From Diplonema japonicum (taxonomy: Eukaryota > Protista > Euglenozoa: Diplonemea): DNA of 64,000 nucleotides. The translations under genes were made by a program, and so were the position numbers. Shown here one piece after another: positions 19,815-30,900 of the stretch. Within the stretch, counting starts at the first letter, position 1, and each line of letters begins with the position of its first letter. The stretch spans positions 744,001 to 808,000 of the forward strand of contig OZ025653.1 of NCBI GenBank assembly GCA_964019335.1. The letters run 5' to 3'. The notes beneath the pieces are model-generated. The model was not told the DNA's origin. It did no database searches and was given only the letters and a program-made list of their open reading frames with translations.

Positions 19815-22800
19815 TTAAACACGCATCACTTCGCTCGCGAGCTCGTTGTTTTCCCTTCTTGCAGCAAGGAAGCTCGAGCTGCTCATCACGCCTTTTGCTT
19901 TCTTTTTGGTTGAAGATTTTCTCTTTTTGGTGGACTTCTTTTTTGTTGACTTTTTCGACGTCAATTTCTTCTTCTTCTTCGTACTCTTCTTTTTGGTGGA
20001 CTTCTTCTTCGTTGACTGTGATTGTGTTGGTGAAGTGGTTTGGGCGGTACCTTCTTCTTTTTTGTGCTCGTTTTCGAGCTCTTTCTGCTTTTGCTGCGGC
20101 TTCGGCTCCTCGCACGCGATGGCGAACGCTGTGTGCAAGACGTGTGAAGAGAAACTAAAAAAAAAATACCTTCTTCTTCTTCTTCACGTTCACAACTGTC
20201 TCGCTCACCCCAGGGATCAACTCTAGTGTGATAGCAGACGAGCCCATCCCCTCCGAACGGCGCAGCTGTTGTCTTGTTTGACCTATATTGCAATCATACC
20301 GAGACAATGAGAGTGGGGAAAGGAGCTTTTGTGCCCAGCTCTTTCAAAAACGCACGGAAATCGTCCTTGCACGAGATCTGTCATGATAGTAGTGCCATGC
20401 TTTCCTTGCATACCGGGGTGGTGCTTGGCGCACTTGCCACTTTAATCCCTGTCAAGATGTCATGCTCACAGATGCCTGACATGTCGGCCGCCTCACCGTA
20501 TTTCACCTCCACGACCTGTATCCCGGTGACAACACTCTATAATGACATACCCTCGCGCCTGTAACATCTTGGTCGCCTAGTTCGGGTGCATTGTCGGCTA
20601 ACTCGATGCCGATCTTCGGATACGTTACCTTTTTCTTCGACGATGGCGACTCTGGTCGTGTCAAACTGGAAGCGAAGGCTCTCAAGGGACTTGTGTTGCC
20701 GATGGATCCCGACCTGGAACCAGCCCTGGACCCAGCCCTTGAACCCTTTCTGCTTCCAACTGCGGACCCCCACCTACCATCCCAAGACTCACAGAACTTT
20801 GTCTCCACCTGTTTCAACCTTTCGATCTCGCACTCCAGGTCCTTCACAGGCATCGTGTCGACAGTTACAGAGGCGTTCAAAGCCTTCCCATCAGCCTCAA
20901 TGGTCACACTACTGTAGCCACTTCTCTGTCCAATCTGTACCCTGATCATCCACACTTTATCGCACCACTTCTGCCTTGCAGGCTGACCCACGTACATCAC
21001 ATTGTACCCGCCCACGACTCTAGGCTCCTCTACGCTGGACACCACCAGGAAAGCGGCCTCTTCGGCCCTTACCGGGTCTCGCGTGAAGGCAGCTTCCAGT
21101 GGAGGATTCTGATGGCGCCACCCATCCTCGGAGTACACGCCCTCGTCGGCAGTCACCAACACACTGCCCGATACCACAGCGCCTTCGAGAGAAACATCGA
21201 TGCCCGCGCTGCTGTCGGGTGCAGCAGTGCTCTCTACAGTAAAATGTGTAGTGTACACACCATCCTGTGCCCCTCGTGCAAGCGAATGTATCTTATGGCC
21301 ACCGACCTTCACCACACTCCCCGCAGGTGTGATATCAAATGACTCTGGCGGTGGGCCAGCAGACAGGTGGTTCGACAGGTCTTTGGTTTTGATGGTGACA
21401 TACACTCTCTGACCTGGCTTTGCATTCTTGACGGGGTTTAATTCGACAACTGTGTTCTTGGGAACGTATTGGTTGCTGGCCTGTACCTCAACAGTCGCTT
21501 GACCGAAGTGTTGTCCAGAGTAGTCAACCGTTATTCCAGACCTACCCTTGCGTTCTGCCCTAAATGTGCATCTCCAGTTGTCGCCTGCTTTCTCGACAGG
21601 AGATATCTTGGACACACCATTTAGTCCCGTCACCGTGAACAGGATGGCTTGGCCGTCCTCAAGGGGCACAGGGTCGTATTCGCTTCCTCTTGTACTGATG
21701 GTGGCTGTCACCAGCTCGCCTGGTGTACACGGATCCGGGTAGCATGTGACTACAGTCTTCGTCGGGTCAACCCTTCCCTGATTGGAGGGAGGCCTCATCC
21801 AGCATATGGCTGAAGCCGTCCAGTCGTCCAATGTGGCGATCACCCCCGTGTAGTCAAGGTCTTCATCGAAAGGTAGCCTCAACTTCGTTTGGTACACGGC
21901 TGACGAACCGACCCTCGTGTGGAAGTCAAGGCAGTTCATCCATGCGGCTTTGAGATGTCCACCGCCGAAGAAGGGAGACAGGGTGATATTTGCAGACAGG
22001 TCGTCGCTCTGAAGGACAGGCCTGTGCGTAGTGGGATCACGTACTACCACGTATACATTTACTTCCTCGCCAGGCTTGGCGTGTGATGGCTGGCATGAAA
22101 CAGTGATAGCCCTCTCGCAGTACTTCTGTGTGGTAGCGAGCAACTTCATTCTGTTCTGCAGCACCGACGTCTCCAAGTCTGTAAGGTCTCCCTTGTCTGT
22201 AATTAATGCTGATCGCGATGCTTCCTCGGCCGTCGAGTACACGAAGAAGCCTGCGGTGAGGGTCTCGCCACGGAACTTCACTGCAATATCCTTCCAGCCG
22301 ACAGAGGTCGCGAAGTGAGTGAGCGTGAAGGTGGAGCTCTCCCTGTCAGGCTTGGCGCGCCTGGACTTGGGCGACCCATCGGAGGGTGCAGTGAGCTCCT
22401 CAGCAACTTCAGGTGAACCCAGAGGTTTTCCAGCGATGCTTAGTGCAAACTCGCTAGGGTAAGCACCCTTGACTAGTACGCCGGTCTGATTCCTCGTTGT
22501 GATGATGATGGTCACGGGCTGCCCGATCACACACGGGAGCGACATCGGGTAGCACTGCACCAGAGTGTGCTGCGGGCTGGCCACTCTCCACGGCTCTACG
22601 CCACCTTTTCGGCCACTATTCGTGACTGCGTACATGATGCCGTCATCGACTTGACGCAGGTCTTTCAGCTTGTTCTGAAGCTCGAACGTCTTGAACCTGT
22701 TAATGTCTTGCGCTTCCTGTAAAGTGTGTTAAAGCGACCCATAGCCATACCTGCTCCCTAATCTGCTGCTCCAGAGCGACTTGTGTGGCCTTGAATAGCG

Positions 22801-23849
22801 CCTCGTCCCTGTCCCTGTTGTCATCAATGAGGTCCTGGATGGTCTTAGCCGTGAACTCGCTACTTGAGCTGAACTGCTCAGACTGCAACTTGATTTCCTC
22901 AAGTTCGTTGTTGACGGTGCTGTGTGAATGCTGTAGGAGGTCTTGGTCATACCTAAGCTGCATCTTCAGTTTCTGCTCCGAAAAGTCTGCCTCGTTTCTC
23001 GTCTTCTCGATAGCGACTCTGTTGGCGCTGCGTATGTGCGACGTGTGCATACTCTAGATCACTCTTGAGCCTTTCCAGGTCTTTGTTCCTACGTGCCACG
23101 TCATCGGCACGGTTCCTGTAAGGAAAACATGTGTAAAGTCTAAGCCATAGCAACGGTACCTTATCTTGGCAACTTCTTCGTCCTTCTGACGCAAGTTGAC
23201 GTCCTTCTGAACGAGTTTTTCCTCTAGCCCTTCCACGAGCCTTATGTTCTTGCTCGCATCACGGTGCTTGCTATCACGCTCTTCACGTGTCTATGTGAAT
23301 GCAAAAACTGCTTTGTAAGCATACCGTTCCAATCACAATCTCTTGCTGCCGCACGCTCCTGATGAGTTCCGTTATTTTAGTGTCTTTCTCTTGAGCTTCG
23401 CGTTGCCGCTCTTCAAGAAGAGAGTCGCGGTACTTGATGTCGCGGTCCCTTCCATGCACTGTCTTGTCCATTATCTTCAGCCTCCTAATCAGGTCGTCCG
23501 CCTGTGCTTTCTGTTTCTTGATCTGTGCATCGTACTCCGTCCTTACTCTCTCCAGCTCAGCATGGCGCGCCTTCTTCTCTTCCGTTTCGATGGCTTCGAT
23601 CTCTGCCCTCTTCTCCTCCACCAGCGCTTTCAGCCTTCTCACCTCTTCCCTGGACTCAATAAGTTCAGCGCTCAGTACCCTATGCACATCCTTCGATCTG
23701 TGCAGAACCTCCTTCAGCATCTTCTCGCCCTCCGTTTGCGCATTGTATTCCTCCGCAGGGCGTAAGATTTCCATGTAATAGGCAGTACCTATCAGGCTGT
23801 CCCCCTCAACTTGCTCCTTGTGGCTCATCTCGGTGTGTATCCCTGGCAT
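19815..23849 (-). CDS. Large multi-exon protein: coiled coil, Ig/filamin-like repeats, PDZ-like domain, Lys/Ser-rich tail
   Basis: ORF pieces 23283-23849, 23054-23236, 22700-23050 and 20503-22635, plus the tail to 19815, are separated by short GT-AG introns (e.g. 20129-20169); repeated P..PG..V.V.I.TRD/K beta motifs; KIGIEL...VVEVKYGEAADMSGI PDZ-like. Confidence 0.65.
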
Positions 23850-24093
23850 GTTGTGATGGGTAACAAATTACATATGAGCAGATAATTAAGTATAAATCGG
23901 CTTTTAATTGGCAAGCATCAAGAAAGAGTTCTTGTTTGTCATCTACAGATGCCCAGTAGTCGCTAGGTGGCTGCTAAGACTCTCTAGCGCACGTACTTGT
24001 ACTTGTATTCGCTAATTAAAAATCCAAGTTGTACTCATTAAAAAAAAAAAGAGACATTTAAAAAAAAAGTTGGCTCTGCAAAATACACGGTAC

Positions 24094-25932
24094 TCAAATC
24101 TCATCGAACGAAGACCCCCGCGACAAGGCTCTCATCTCCAGCTTTTTCACGAAGGTGGATTTCTCGTTGTCGCCCTTCAAGAGGTCAGCAATCGGTTCAG
24201 TGTACTCCCCTTTGTGGAGAGTGTTTTTCAATTGTACCAGGACATCCCTCGGGGTGTCAGGCGTGACCAGTGTATGGCACATCCCGTAGCTTTCACCCCG
24301 CCCTGTACGACCCAGGCGCTGTAGCAGCACCTCCAAAGGCGGGATGTCGTAATTCACGACAACGTGCACTGCGTCGAAGTGTATGCCACGCGAGATAAGG
24401 TCTGTCGCGACGAGGATCTTGGCAGTGCGTGCACTCATTGCATCCAGGTACAGCTTGCGCTGGTACTCCATCATGCCCTCGTGCACCATGGCAACAGTGC
24501 CGTACGGCAGCAGTGAGTTCAACATGTCGTACAGCAGCTCCACTGAACGCACGTCCTGTGCAAATATAATGTACTGGTTCCTCTCCAAGGGCAGCACCTC
24601 CGTTGTGAACATGTTGGCGATGAATGCTCCACGGTCGACGTCGGGCACCACATGCAGCCTGTGCCCCACCGAGGGCAACGCACCCTCCCCTCCCACTCTG
24701 ACGATGACAGGGTTGCTCAGCAGAGCTTCCGCCACGACTGCCGTCTCCGTCGACCACGTGGAAGCCACAAGCATCAGTTGCAGGTCGCTTGTTGCTGCCA
24801 GTCCTGCAGCGATGTTCTCTTCTTCTTTCTCTCTACGCTTTTTGGAGCGTTTCTTCTTTCGTTTCTGCATTCCCTCCTCAGGCTTCAGCAACCCCGCCAC
24901 CTCCGCCAATGCCTCCGAACGTTCCTTCCGCATAACTATCGTTTGCAGGTCGTAGCAGTACTTCTTCAGCATGTAGTCTGCCTCGTCCACGATCAGGAGC
25001 TTCACCTCGTTGAGAGTGATGAGGCCGTCCCGTATGAGCCTCTTCAGACGGAAGGGCGTGGCGATGATGATGTTGGCGTCCTGGACCAGCTGCCCCTGCT
25101 TGCCGGCGACAAGGCCTGCTAGGACACCAGAAGGGTTGCAGAGTTTTTGTGCAAGCTGGTAAACCTGCCTAGCTAGCTCTACAGTAGGGACAAGGATGAG
25201 GACGGTGGGCGAGACGATGCCCTCGTGTGTGTTAGGTGGGAGGTGCTGGCACTTAAGAATGGCAGGGATAAGGTAGGCAGCTGTCTTCCCACTCCCGGGG
25301 GCAGCCAGGGAAACGGTGTCTCGGTTGCTTTGGGAGACCAGCCAGAGGTGGGACTGGATGGGGGTAGGGTCTTTCCAGCCTTCGCCTTGCAGGGCGAGGG
25401 GGAGGAGGGAAGGGGCCTTCAGAGCCTTGAGATCGCTGAAGGCCTTGATGCTAGGGCGCTTGCCGTCGTCAAGACCCGTGATGCAAACTTCACCCGCCGA
25501 TGTGGTTGGGGTGAGGTGGCTAGGAGTCACCAGCCCACGGCCCACCTTCCCCGTGCCGAAGGACCTTTTGAAGGCGTCTATCATTTTCACGGATTTTCGC
25601 TTTCGCAGCGAATCAAGTGCCTGCTTGCGGATCATGTCTGCCATGGCTTCCTTAGTCGCGGTCACATCACGGCTCTGCAGCGCTTCTACTGCCGACCTAG
25701 CACCTCTCGTCACATGTGCCTGGTACTGCTTCGACCCTTGTTCTCCATGTTTATTCACAGTCCCTTTCAACACCATCTCAGGAGGAGGCTGCATATTCAT
25801 CTTTTTCATTATCCCGGTGTCACCTGTTGGGGTGAACTCTCCTCTTCTGTTATACCCATTCCACGCTGGCGTGCCTGATACCGGTAGCTTGGGGTTGGAC
25901 CATTTGACTCTGATGATCGCTGATTTTCGCAT
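24094..25932 (-). CDS. DEAD-box RNA helicase (divergent motifs, possibly mitochondrial)
   Basis: Q motif GWKDPTPIQ, APGSGKT, PTVELARQ, TPFRL, DEAD, SRGIH, QRLGRTGR; likely start MRKSAII at 25932. Confidence 0.9.
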   Translation of the reverse strand: MRKSAIIRVKWSNPKLPVSGTPAWNGYNRRGEFTPTGDTGIMKKMNMQPPPEMVLKGTVNKHGEQGSKQYQAHVTRGARSAVEALQSRDVTATKEAMADMIRKQALDSLRKRKSVKMIDAFKRSFGTGKVGRGLVTPSHLTPTTSAGEVCITGLDDGKRPSIKAFSDLKALKAPSLLPLALQGEGWKDPTPIQSHLWLVSQSNRDTVSLAAPGSGKTAAYLIPAILKCQHLPPNTHEGIVSPTVLILVPTVELARQVYQLAQKLCNPSGVLAGLVAGKQGQLVQDANIIIATPFRLKRLIRDGLITLNEVKLLIVDEADYMLKKYCYDLQTIVMRKERSEALAEVAGLLKPEEGMQKRKKKRSKKRREKEEENIAAGLAATSDLQLMLVASTWSTETAVVAEALLSNPVIVRVGGEGALPSVGHRLHVVPDVDRGAFIANMFTTEVLPLERNQYIIFAQDVRSVELLYDMLNSLLPYGTVAMVHEGMMEYQRKLYLDAMSARTAKILVATDLISRGIHFDAVHVVVNYDIPPLEVLLQRLGRTGRGESYGMCHTLVTPDTPRDVLVQLKNTLHKGEYTEPIADLLKGDNEKSTFVKKLEMRALSRGSSFDEI

Positions 25933-27163
25933 GTTTGCTTCCCTTCGTTCTCCCCCCTGCCCACCTATGGTTTTATGCTGCTCCGAAAGAAGAGCGAACG
26001 AGAAGAGGAAGAAAAAAAAAAAAAACATGAAACATAAGAAAATAAGCTGGAGGGGAAGGAAGAATGGGGGTGGGGGGTGGGCAGGCATTAGTGCAAAAAA
26101 AAAAAAAAAAAAAAAAAAAAAACTGTTTTGGGAAGCTGGTTGGAGGGGCGTAAGGGGACCACTTGGGATACACGACGACAAGAGGATTTTTTTACAAAAG
26201 AAGGGTCTCGTATCTGTGTTATTGGGGAGGGGAATAGGGTATGGCTACCTTCTTTTTAAGGAAAAAAAAAGTAAAAAGGTAGGAAAACCACAGGGGGGGG
26301 GGGGGGTGATCAAAAGAGAAGAGAGAGAAAAAAACCGCAAAAAAAAAAGAAATGAAAGAGAAAAAAGAGAAAAGAAAATAGAAAAAGAAAAGACAAGGAA
26401 GCGAGGTGGAAGAGAGAAAACAAACTATTTTCTATCCTCCCCCCCTCCCCATACTCCTTTCATTGTCTCCGCTCCTTTTTTTTTCCCCCCTCCTCTTTTT
26501 TCCAATCACAGGAATATGGGAAATAATACATAAGAGAAATGTAAAGCATGAAAAAAAAAGTGGGAAAACAAAGAGTAAGGGGGAACAGGGCACTAAAAAA
26601 GGGGGGGGAATAAAAATGAAAAGGGGGAGTTAAGCAGGGTGGCTGGTAAACCCTTTAGTTGTATTTTCTTTTTGTAAAAGTTACTTTTTCTTTTTTGCAT
26701 GCCTTCTATATTGTAAAGGTAGTGCGCACTGTTCCAAGAAAAAAAAAGGGGGCGGGTGAAAAAAAAAGAAAAATGAAAAAAAAACAAGGTTATACAAAAG
26801 GTAAACGGAGGTGCTGGGGGAGGGAGAAGGGGGCTGACACCGTGAGGGCCTTTCTTCATCACTTCCAATTTCAATTCGCTCTTTTTTTAATTCTTTCTCC
26901 TTCCTGTTCCCACGGGCAAACTCTATTGACTTCCTTTTTTTTTTTAAATGCTCCTAATCTATCGTAGGTTGCCCAATACAGTGGCATTACTTTATGCACT
27001 CATTTCCCCTCTCTCTATAACCTCTTTCCCCCCCTTATTGTTCACCTCAGCCCGTTATTAAAAAAGAAAAGAAGCGAAAAGAAAAAGGCCCTCGTGGTTT
27101 TTTTTTTTTTTTTTTTTTTGTTTTCTTTAAAAAAAAATAAGTAACCCTCAACTGTGCTCCTTT

Positions 27164-27586
27164 CTAGTAACGGTCCGTTGCGTGCTGTATTTTTTTTTCT
27201 TTTTTTTTTCTTGCACATACGATCTGCGACGGTGTCCCCTGCGCCTTCACCTTGAATAGCGCCTCGATGAGACCCCAGAAGAACTGTTTTTGTATTTTTC
27301 CCCCCTCCCCTCCCATAAAAACCCCTTTACATACCATCCCAAGGAAGGCATAGTACACAGTGAAGAGGAGAAGAATGATGCACCAGTTGCCGCACGTGAT
27401 CTATTATTATTATTATTATTATTATTATTTTGCAAAAAAACACACCCTGCAGAGGCATGTGCACTGCCCCTTGCCAGCACCATCAGGGTCGTACAGGTTC
27501 TTCTGCCAGTCGGGTCCGCAGAACGACTTCTCCTCCTTCTCGTTGCTGTGGGAGGTCACCTCATCGTGAACGGGTTCAGTCGACAT
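27164..27586 (-). CDS. Small single-TM protein resembling the N-terminus of Na,K-ATPase beta subunits (4 exons)
   Basis: Splicing three short GT-AG introns gives MSTEPV...WQKNLYDPDGAGKGQCTCLCRITCGNWCIILLLFTVYYAFLGMFFWGLIEALFKVKAQGTPSQIHATDRY. Confidence 0.6.
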
Positions 27587-27703
27587 AATTAGATAAAGAG
27601 GTGTTCGTGTCTTGTGAAGTGTTCGTTGGTTGCAGAGAAACGGTAAAAAGAGGATGTGAAGAAAAAAAAGAAAAAATGAAAAACCCCATGGCAATGATCG
27701 TCA

Positions 27704-29968
27704 CTACTCCTCCGTTGCTACCTCGCACTGAAGTGTCGCCAAGTCTTTCGAATACCTCACGAAGAGTGTTGTGGGTGTGCCAGGCGCCACCTTCACGGGT
27801 TTCGGCAGCTGCGACGACGCATCAATAGCTTCGATAAGCTGGTACGCCTGCCCCCATGCAGCAGCACGCTGGGGGCCGCCGACACCGGGCTCAGTAGACA
27901 GTGCCACTGCGTCGTCATCGTTGAAGGCTTCCCATGTCAGCAGCACGGCGGTGACCTCGCCAGCCTCCGTCACCTTCACCTCGTACTCAGACTCGACAGG
28001 CACGTCGCCTGGTTTTTGTGTAAGGTAGTCAACACTGCAGATGGGTACCCTCTCCGATAACTTGGTGTGCACCACAGCGCCCATGTCGATCCCCATCGAC
28101 TTCGTGAATTGCAGCCCACATGTGTCCTTCAACACGTCGCAAGCCGACAGGTCCAACCCCAGCCTGTCCCCCTCCTCGTTGTTGATGCCGGTGATTTCTT
28201 TCAAAACCTTGCTGTAGATGAGCGTCGCGTACTGCACCCCCCTCCTTGGCACCACATGTTTCACACCAAGACGGTCCCTGGCCTCGGCAACAAATTTCAA
28301 ACTCCTCTCGCCCAGGAGAAGAGCACCAAAGAGCTCATGCACAATGACATCAGGCTGCGCACCCTCAAAGTCGTCCTTTGTGATCTCAACAGACACCCTG
28401 CTGATGATTCCTGCTTTTTTCTCGAAGTCGTTTCGCGAGATTAAATCGTTGGCGAGAGATGCTAGCTCGCTGCGCACCTCGCAGCCCACCACCTTCTTGG
28501 CGCCCAACTTCGCGGACAGCAAGCTCAAGAGCCCGGCACCTGAACCGATGTCGAAGACTACCTTGCCCTCTACGCATTTCGCAAGCCCTCTTTTGTAGAA
28601 GGCATTTCTGTCCGTGTCGTTCATCATTGCGTAGTGCCAAGCGTTAAACTGCCCCACGGCTCCCTTGCTGTACTCGGTCAGCCTCCTGCACACCCTCAGG
28701 GGCTCCTCAACCCCGTAGCCGTACGGCAATCCGTCGTCGGTCTGCGCATCGTCCACACCCGACACAACGCTGCCTACCACACTCTCACTCTCACTGTCAC
28801 TCTCGTCGCATCCTAGCACCGCATTTGCAGCCATCAAATTGGTCCACTTCACCTTGCCCTTCTGCACAGTTGCCCTCCACAGGTCACCAAGGGTTGTCTG
28901 TCCCTTGTCTACTTCCAGGACACCGCCGAACACGTAGACTGCACCCTTGCAGGACGTGATGCCAGCGCTGTACCTTGGGGACGGTCGCGCCTTGTCCTCA
29001 GGGTCAGAAGACTGTACCTCCTTAAAACTACGCTCGGCGAGGTCGAGGGTCCAAGTGTCGTTGTGCTGGATGACAACCTTCTTTTTCTTCTTCTTTCCAG
29101 TGTCCACAGCAGTTTCTGAAAGCCCACCAAAGAACACAGCCTGGTCCGCTTCAAGCATCGTCATCACAATGCCTGACCTTGGGGTGAGCCCATTTCTAGA
29201 AAACTCCAGCTCTCTCCAAACAGGAGTAGCTGCGGCAGTGTCAATAACCCACATGTCACCAAGCGCGTTCCCAGAGCTACTGGTACCGCCATACACGCAG
29301 GCGGTGCTTCCAGTAGCCCCTAGGCAGCAGCCGCTCCTTGCTGGCGGCTTTGCGCCGTCTGCTTTAACAAGTCTGGATGTCGTCTTGTTTTCCGCAGTCG
29401 AGGTAACGTGGTACAGGTCGTTGAACTTCTTCAGCTTACTGCCGTTGTCGTGGTAACCACCGAAAATGAGGAAAGAGTCCTCCGACACAGCGACCATGCG
29501 GCAGGCAGAACGGGAGCTGGGTACCTTGGCGCTTGTGATTTCATTCCACCTAAGGTGTTCGAGGTCCAGACGCCACAGGTCCCCAAGGTGGAAGATGTCA
29601 ATCCCGTTCTTCGAGGTGTACTCTCCGCCGTACATGAAAAGTGCCCCATTAACTAAGCAGCACACGTGCCCATTCCTCGCGCATGGAGCCATCTTCCCAG
29701 CGGGTTTCACCTGGTTCCACTCCCCAGCAGGGATGTCGTAGTACAGCACGTCGTCGTAGTTCATCGTCTCGTCGCCCACGAAGCATTCCCCGCCCAGTAC
29801 CCACATCTTGTCTGCACCTGATGTGATGGCCGCATTGGCTCGCGGCGACACTTCCTTCACAACCACGACCTCAGCCTTGTGCTTGTCGTCCTCTGCCGAC
29901 ACGTAGGCACTCAGGAGCGCGTCGTCATCATCTGCCTTGTTAGCTGGCTTCTTTGACTTCTTTCCCAT
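27704..29968 (-). CDS. Kelch-repeat (KLHDC4-like) propeller fused to a PRMT7-type arginine methyltransferase; intronless
   Basis: About six kelch GG..D.W repeats after MGKKSKK; then WHYAMMNDTDRNAFY, VFDIGSGAGLLSL, double-E loop ELFGALLLGE, WGQAYQ. Confidence 0.88.
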   Translation of the reverse strand: MGKKSKKPANKADDDDALLSAYVSAEDDKHKAEVVVVKEVSPRANAAITSGADKMWVLGGECFVGDETMNYDDVLYYDIPAGEWNQVKPAGKMAPCARNGHVCCLVNGALFMYGGEYTSKNGIDIFHLGDLWRLDLEHLRWNEITSAKVPSSRSACRMVAVSEDSFLIFGGYHDNGSKLKKFNDLYHVTSTAENKTTSRLVKADGAKPPARSGCCLGATGSTACVYGGTSSSGNALGDMWVIDTAAATPVWRELEFSRNGLTPRSGIVMTMLEADQAVFFGGLSETAVDTGKKKKKKVVIQHNDTWTLDLAERSFKEVQSSDPEDKARPSPRYSAGITSCKGAVYVFGGVLEVDKGQTTLGDLWRATVQKGKVKWTNLMAANAVLGCDESDSESESVVGSVVSGVDDAQTDDGLPYGYGVEEPLRVCRRLTEYSKGAVGQFNAWHYAMMNDTDRNAFYKRGLAKCVEGKVVFDIGSGAGLLSLLSAKLGAKKVVGCEVRSELASLANDLISRNDFEKKAGIISRVSVEITKDDFEGAQPDVIVHELFGALLLGERSLKFVAEARDRLGVKHVVPRRGVQYATLIYSKVLKEITGINNEEGDRLGLDLSACDVLKDTCGLQFTKSMGIDMGAVVHTKLSERVPICSVDYLTQKPGDVPVESEYEVKVTEAGEVTAVLLTWEAFNDDDAVALSTEPGVGGPQRAAAWGQAYQLIEAIDASSQLPKPVKVAPGTPTTLFVRYSKDLATLQCEVATEE

Positions 29969-30018
29969 TGTGACCTGATCCCTGACCTGTGGTGGTTGCG
30001 GGGGCACTCTGCGTTGCT

Positions 30019-30872
30019 TTACAATATAAACAAGCTACTCACGAACAACAGGAATCGGACGGCGCCCGCACTTCTCACGAAGTGGAGAAAGGGCATTGGC
30101 CATCTCAGCGGGTACTGGGAAACCATCATAGCTGTGCATCTGCTGCTTGACCCCCCACTCTTTTCTCTCCGGCGGCTGGCCCTGTGTGTGTGTGTGATAT
30201 TTCTAAACGAAGTGTTTTGCATACGTCGAATTTCAGCCGTTCTCTCCTTTTCTGAGCATTTTCATTTTTTATCTGTTGGCGCTGCTCGTCCCGCCCGAGT
30301 ATGTTGAGCTCTTTTTCAATAGAGCTCTTTGGCTTCATGCTTGGCCGCGACGGCTGATACTCAACCCATGTCCCTGCAATGGGTGGACCTCCTGTGATAA
30401 TGTTGCACCCCATGGCACCTTTACTTGCAAGATGTTCTCTCCGTGCAACCGCCCGCTCTTGCGACTTCACTTTGCGTATCTCCCCATGTTCTTGTTCCTG
30501 CTGTGTGGGTTCCGCAGCCTGTACCCTCCGTCTGGAAAACCCCTTTGTGAAGCGCGTCTCTCTCGTTGTTGGCTTCTCCTGCAAACCTATCGCAGGCAGG
30601 CTGCTCTTCAGTAACTCTCCTGCGACACTCCCTTTTTTATAAGTTTTCTTCCCAAGAGGGTCCTGGAATAGGCCAGACTCCCTCGGTTTGAGTAACCGCT
30701 TGTGTCCCCATCCTGTTCCCGTGAATGTGGGGTCGAACTTTGCACTGGTTTCATGTGGGGGGTTCAGCCTAGAGGCAACAGGGAACTGTGCCAAGGCCCC
30801 CGCCTGTGCTTGTCGGGCCATGTGTAAGCCTGCTGTGTGGTGAGCATCGCGAACAGCGAAAGCTATGTACAA
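30019..30872 (-). CDS. Hypothetical protein (probably with short introns)
   Basis: 248-aa ORF on the gene strand; intron-like GTATGC...CACACAG near 30181-30225. Confidence 0.55.
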
Positions 30873-30900
30873 TGTTACAATTTACTAATCTATACGAACA

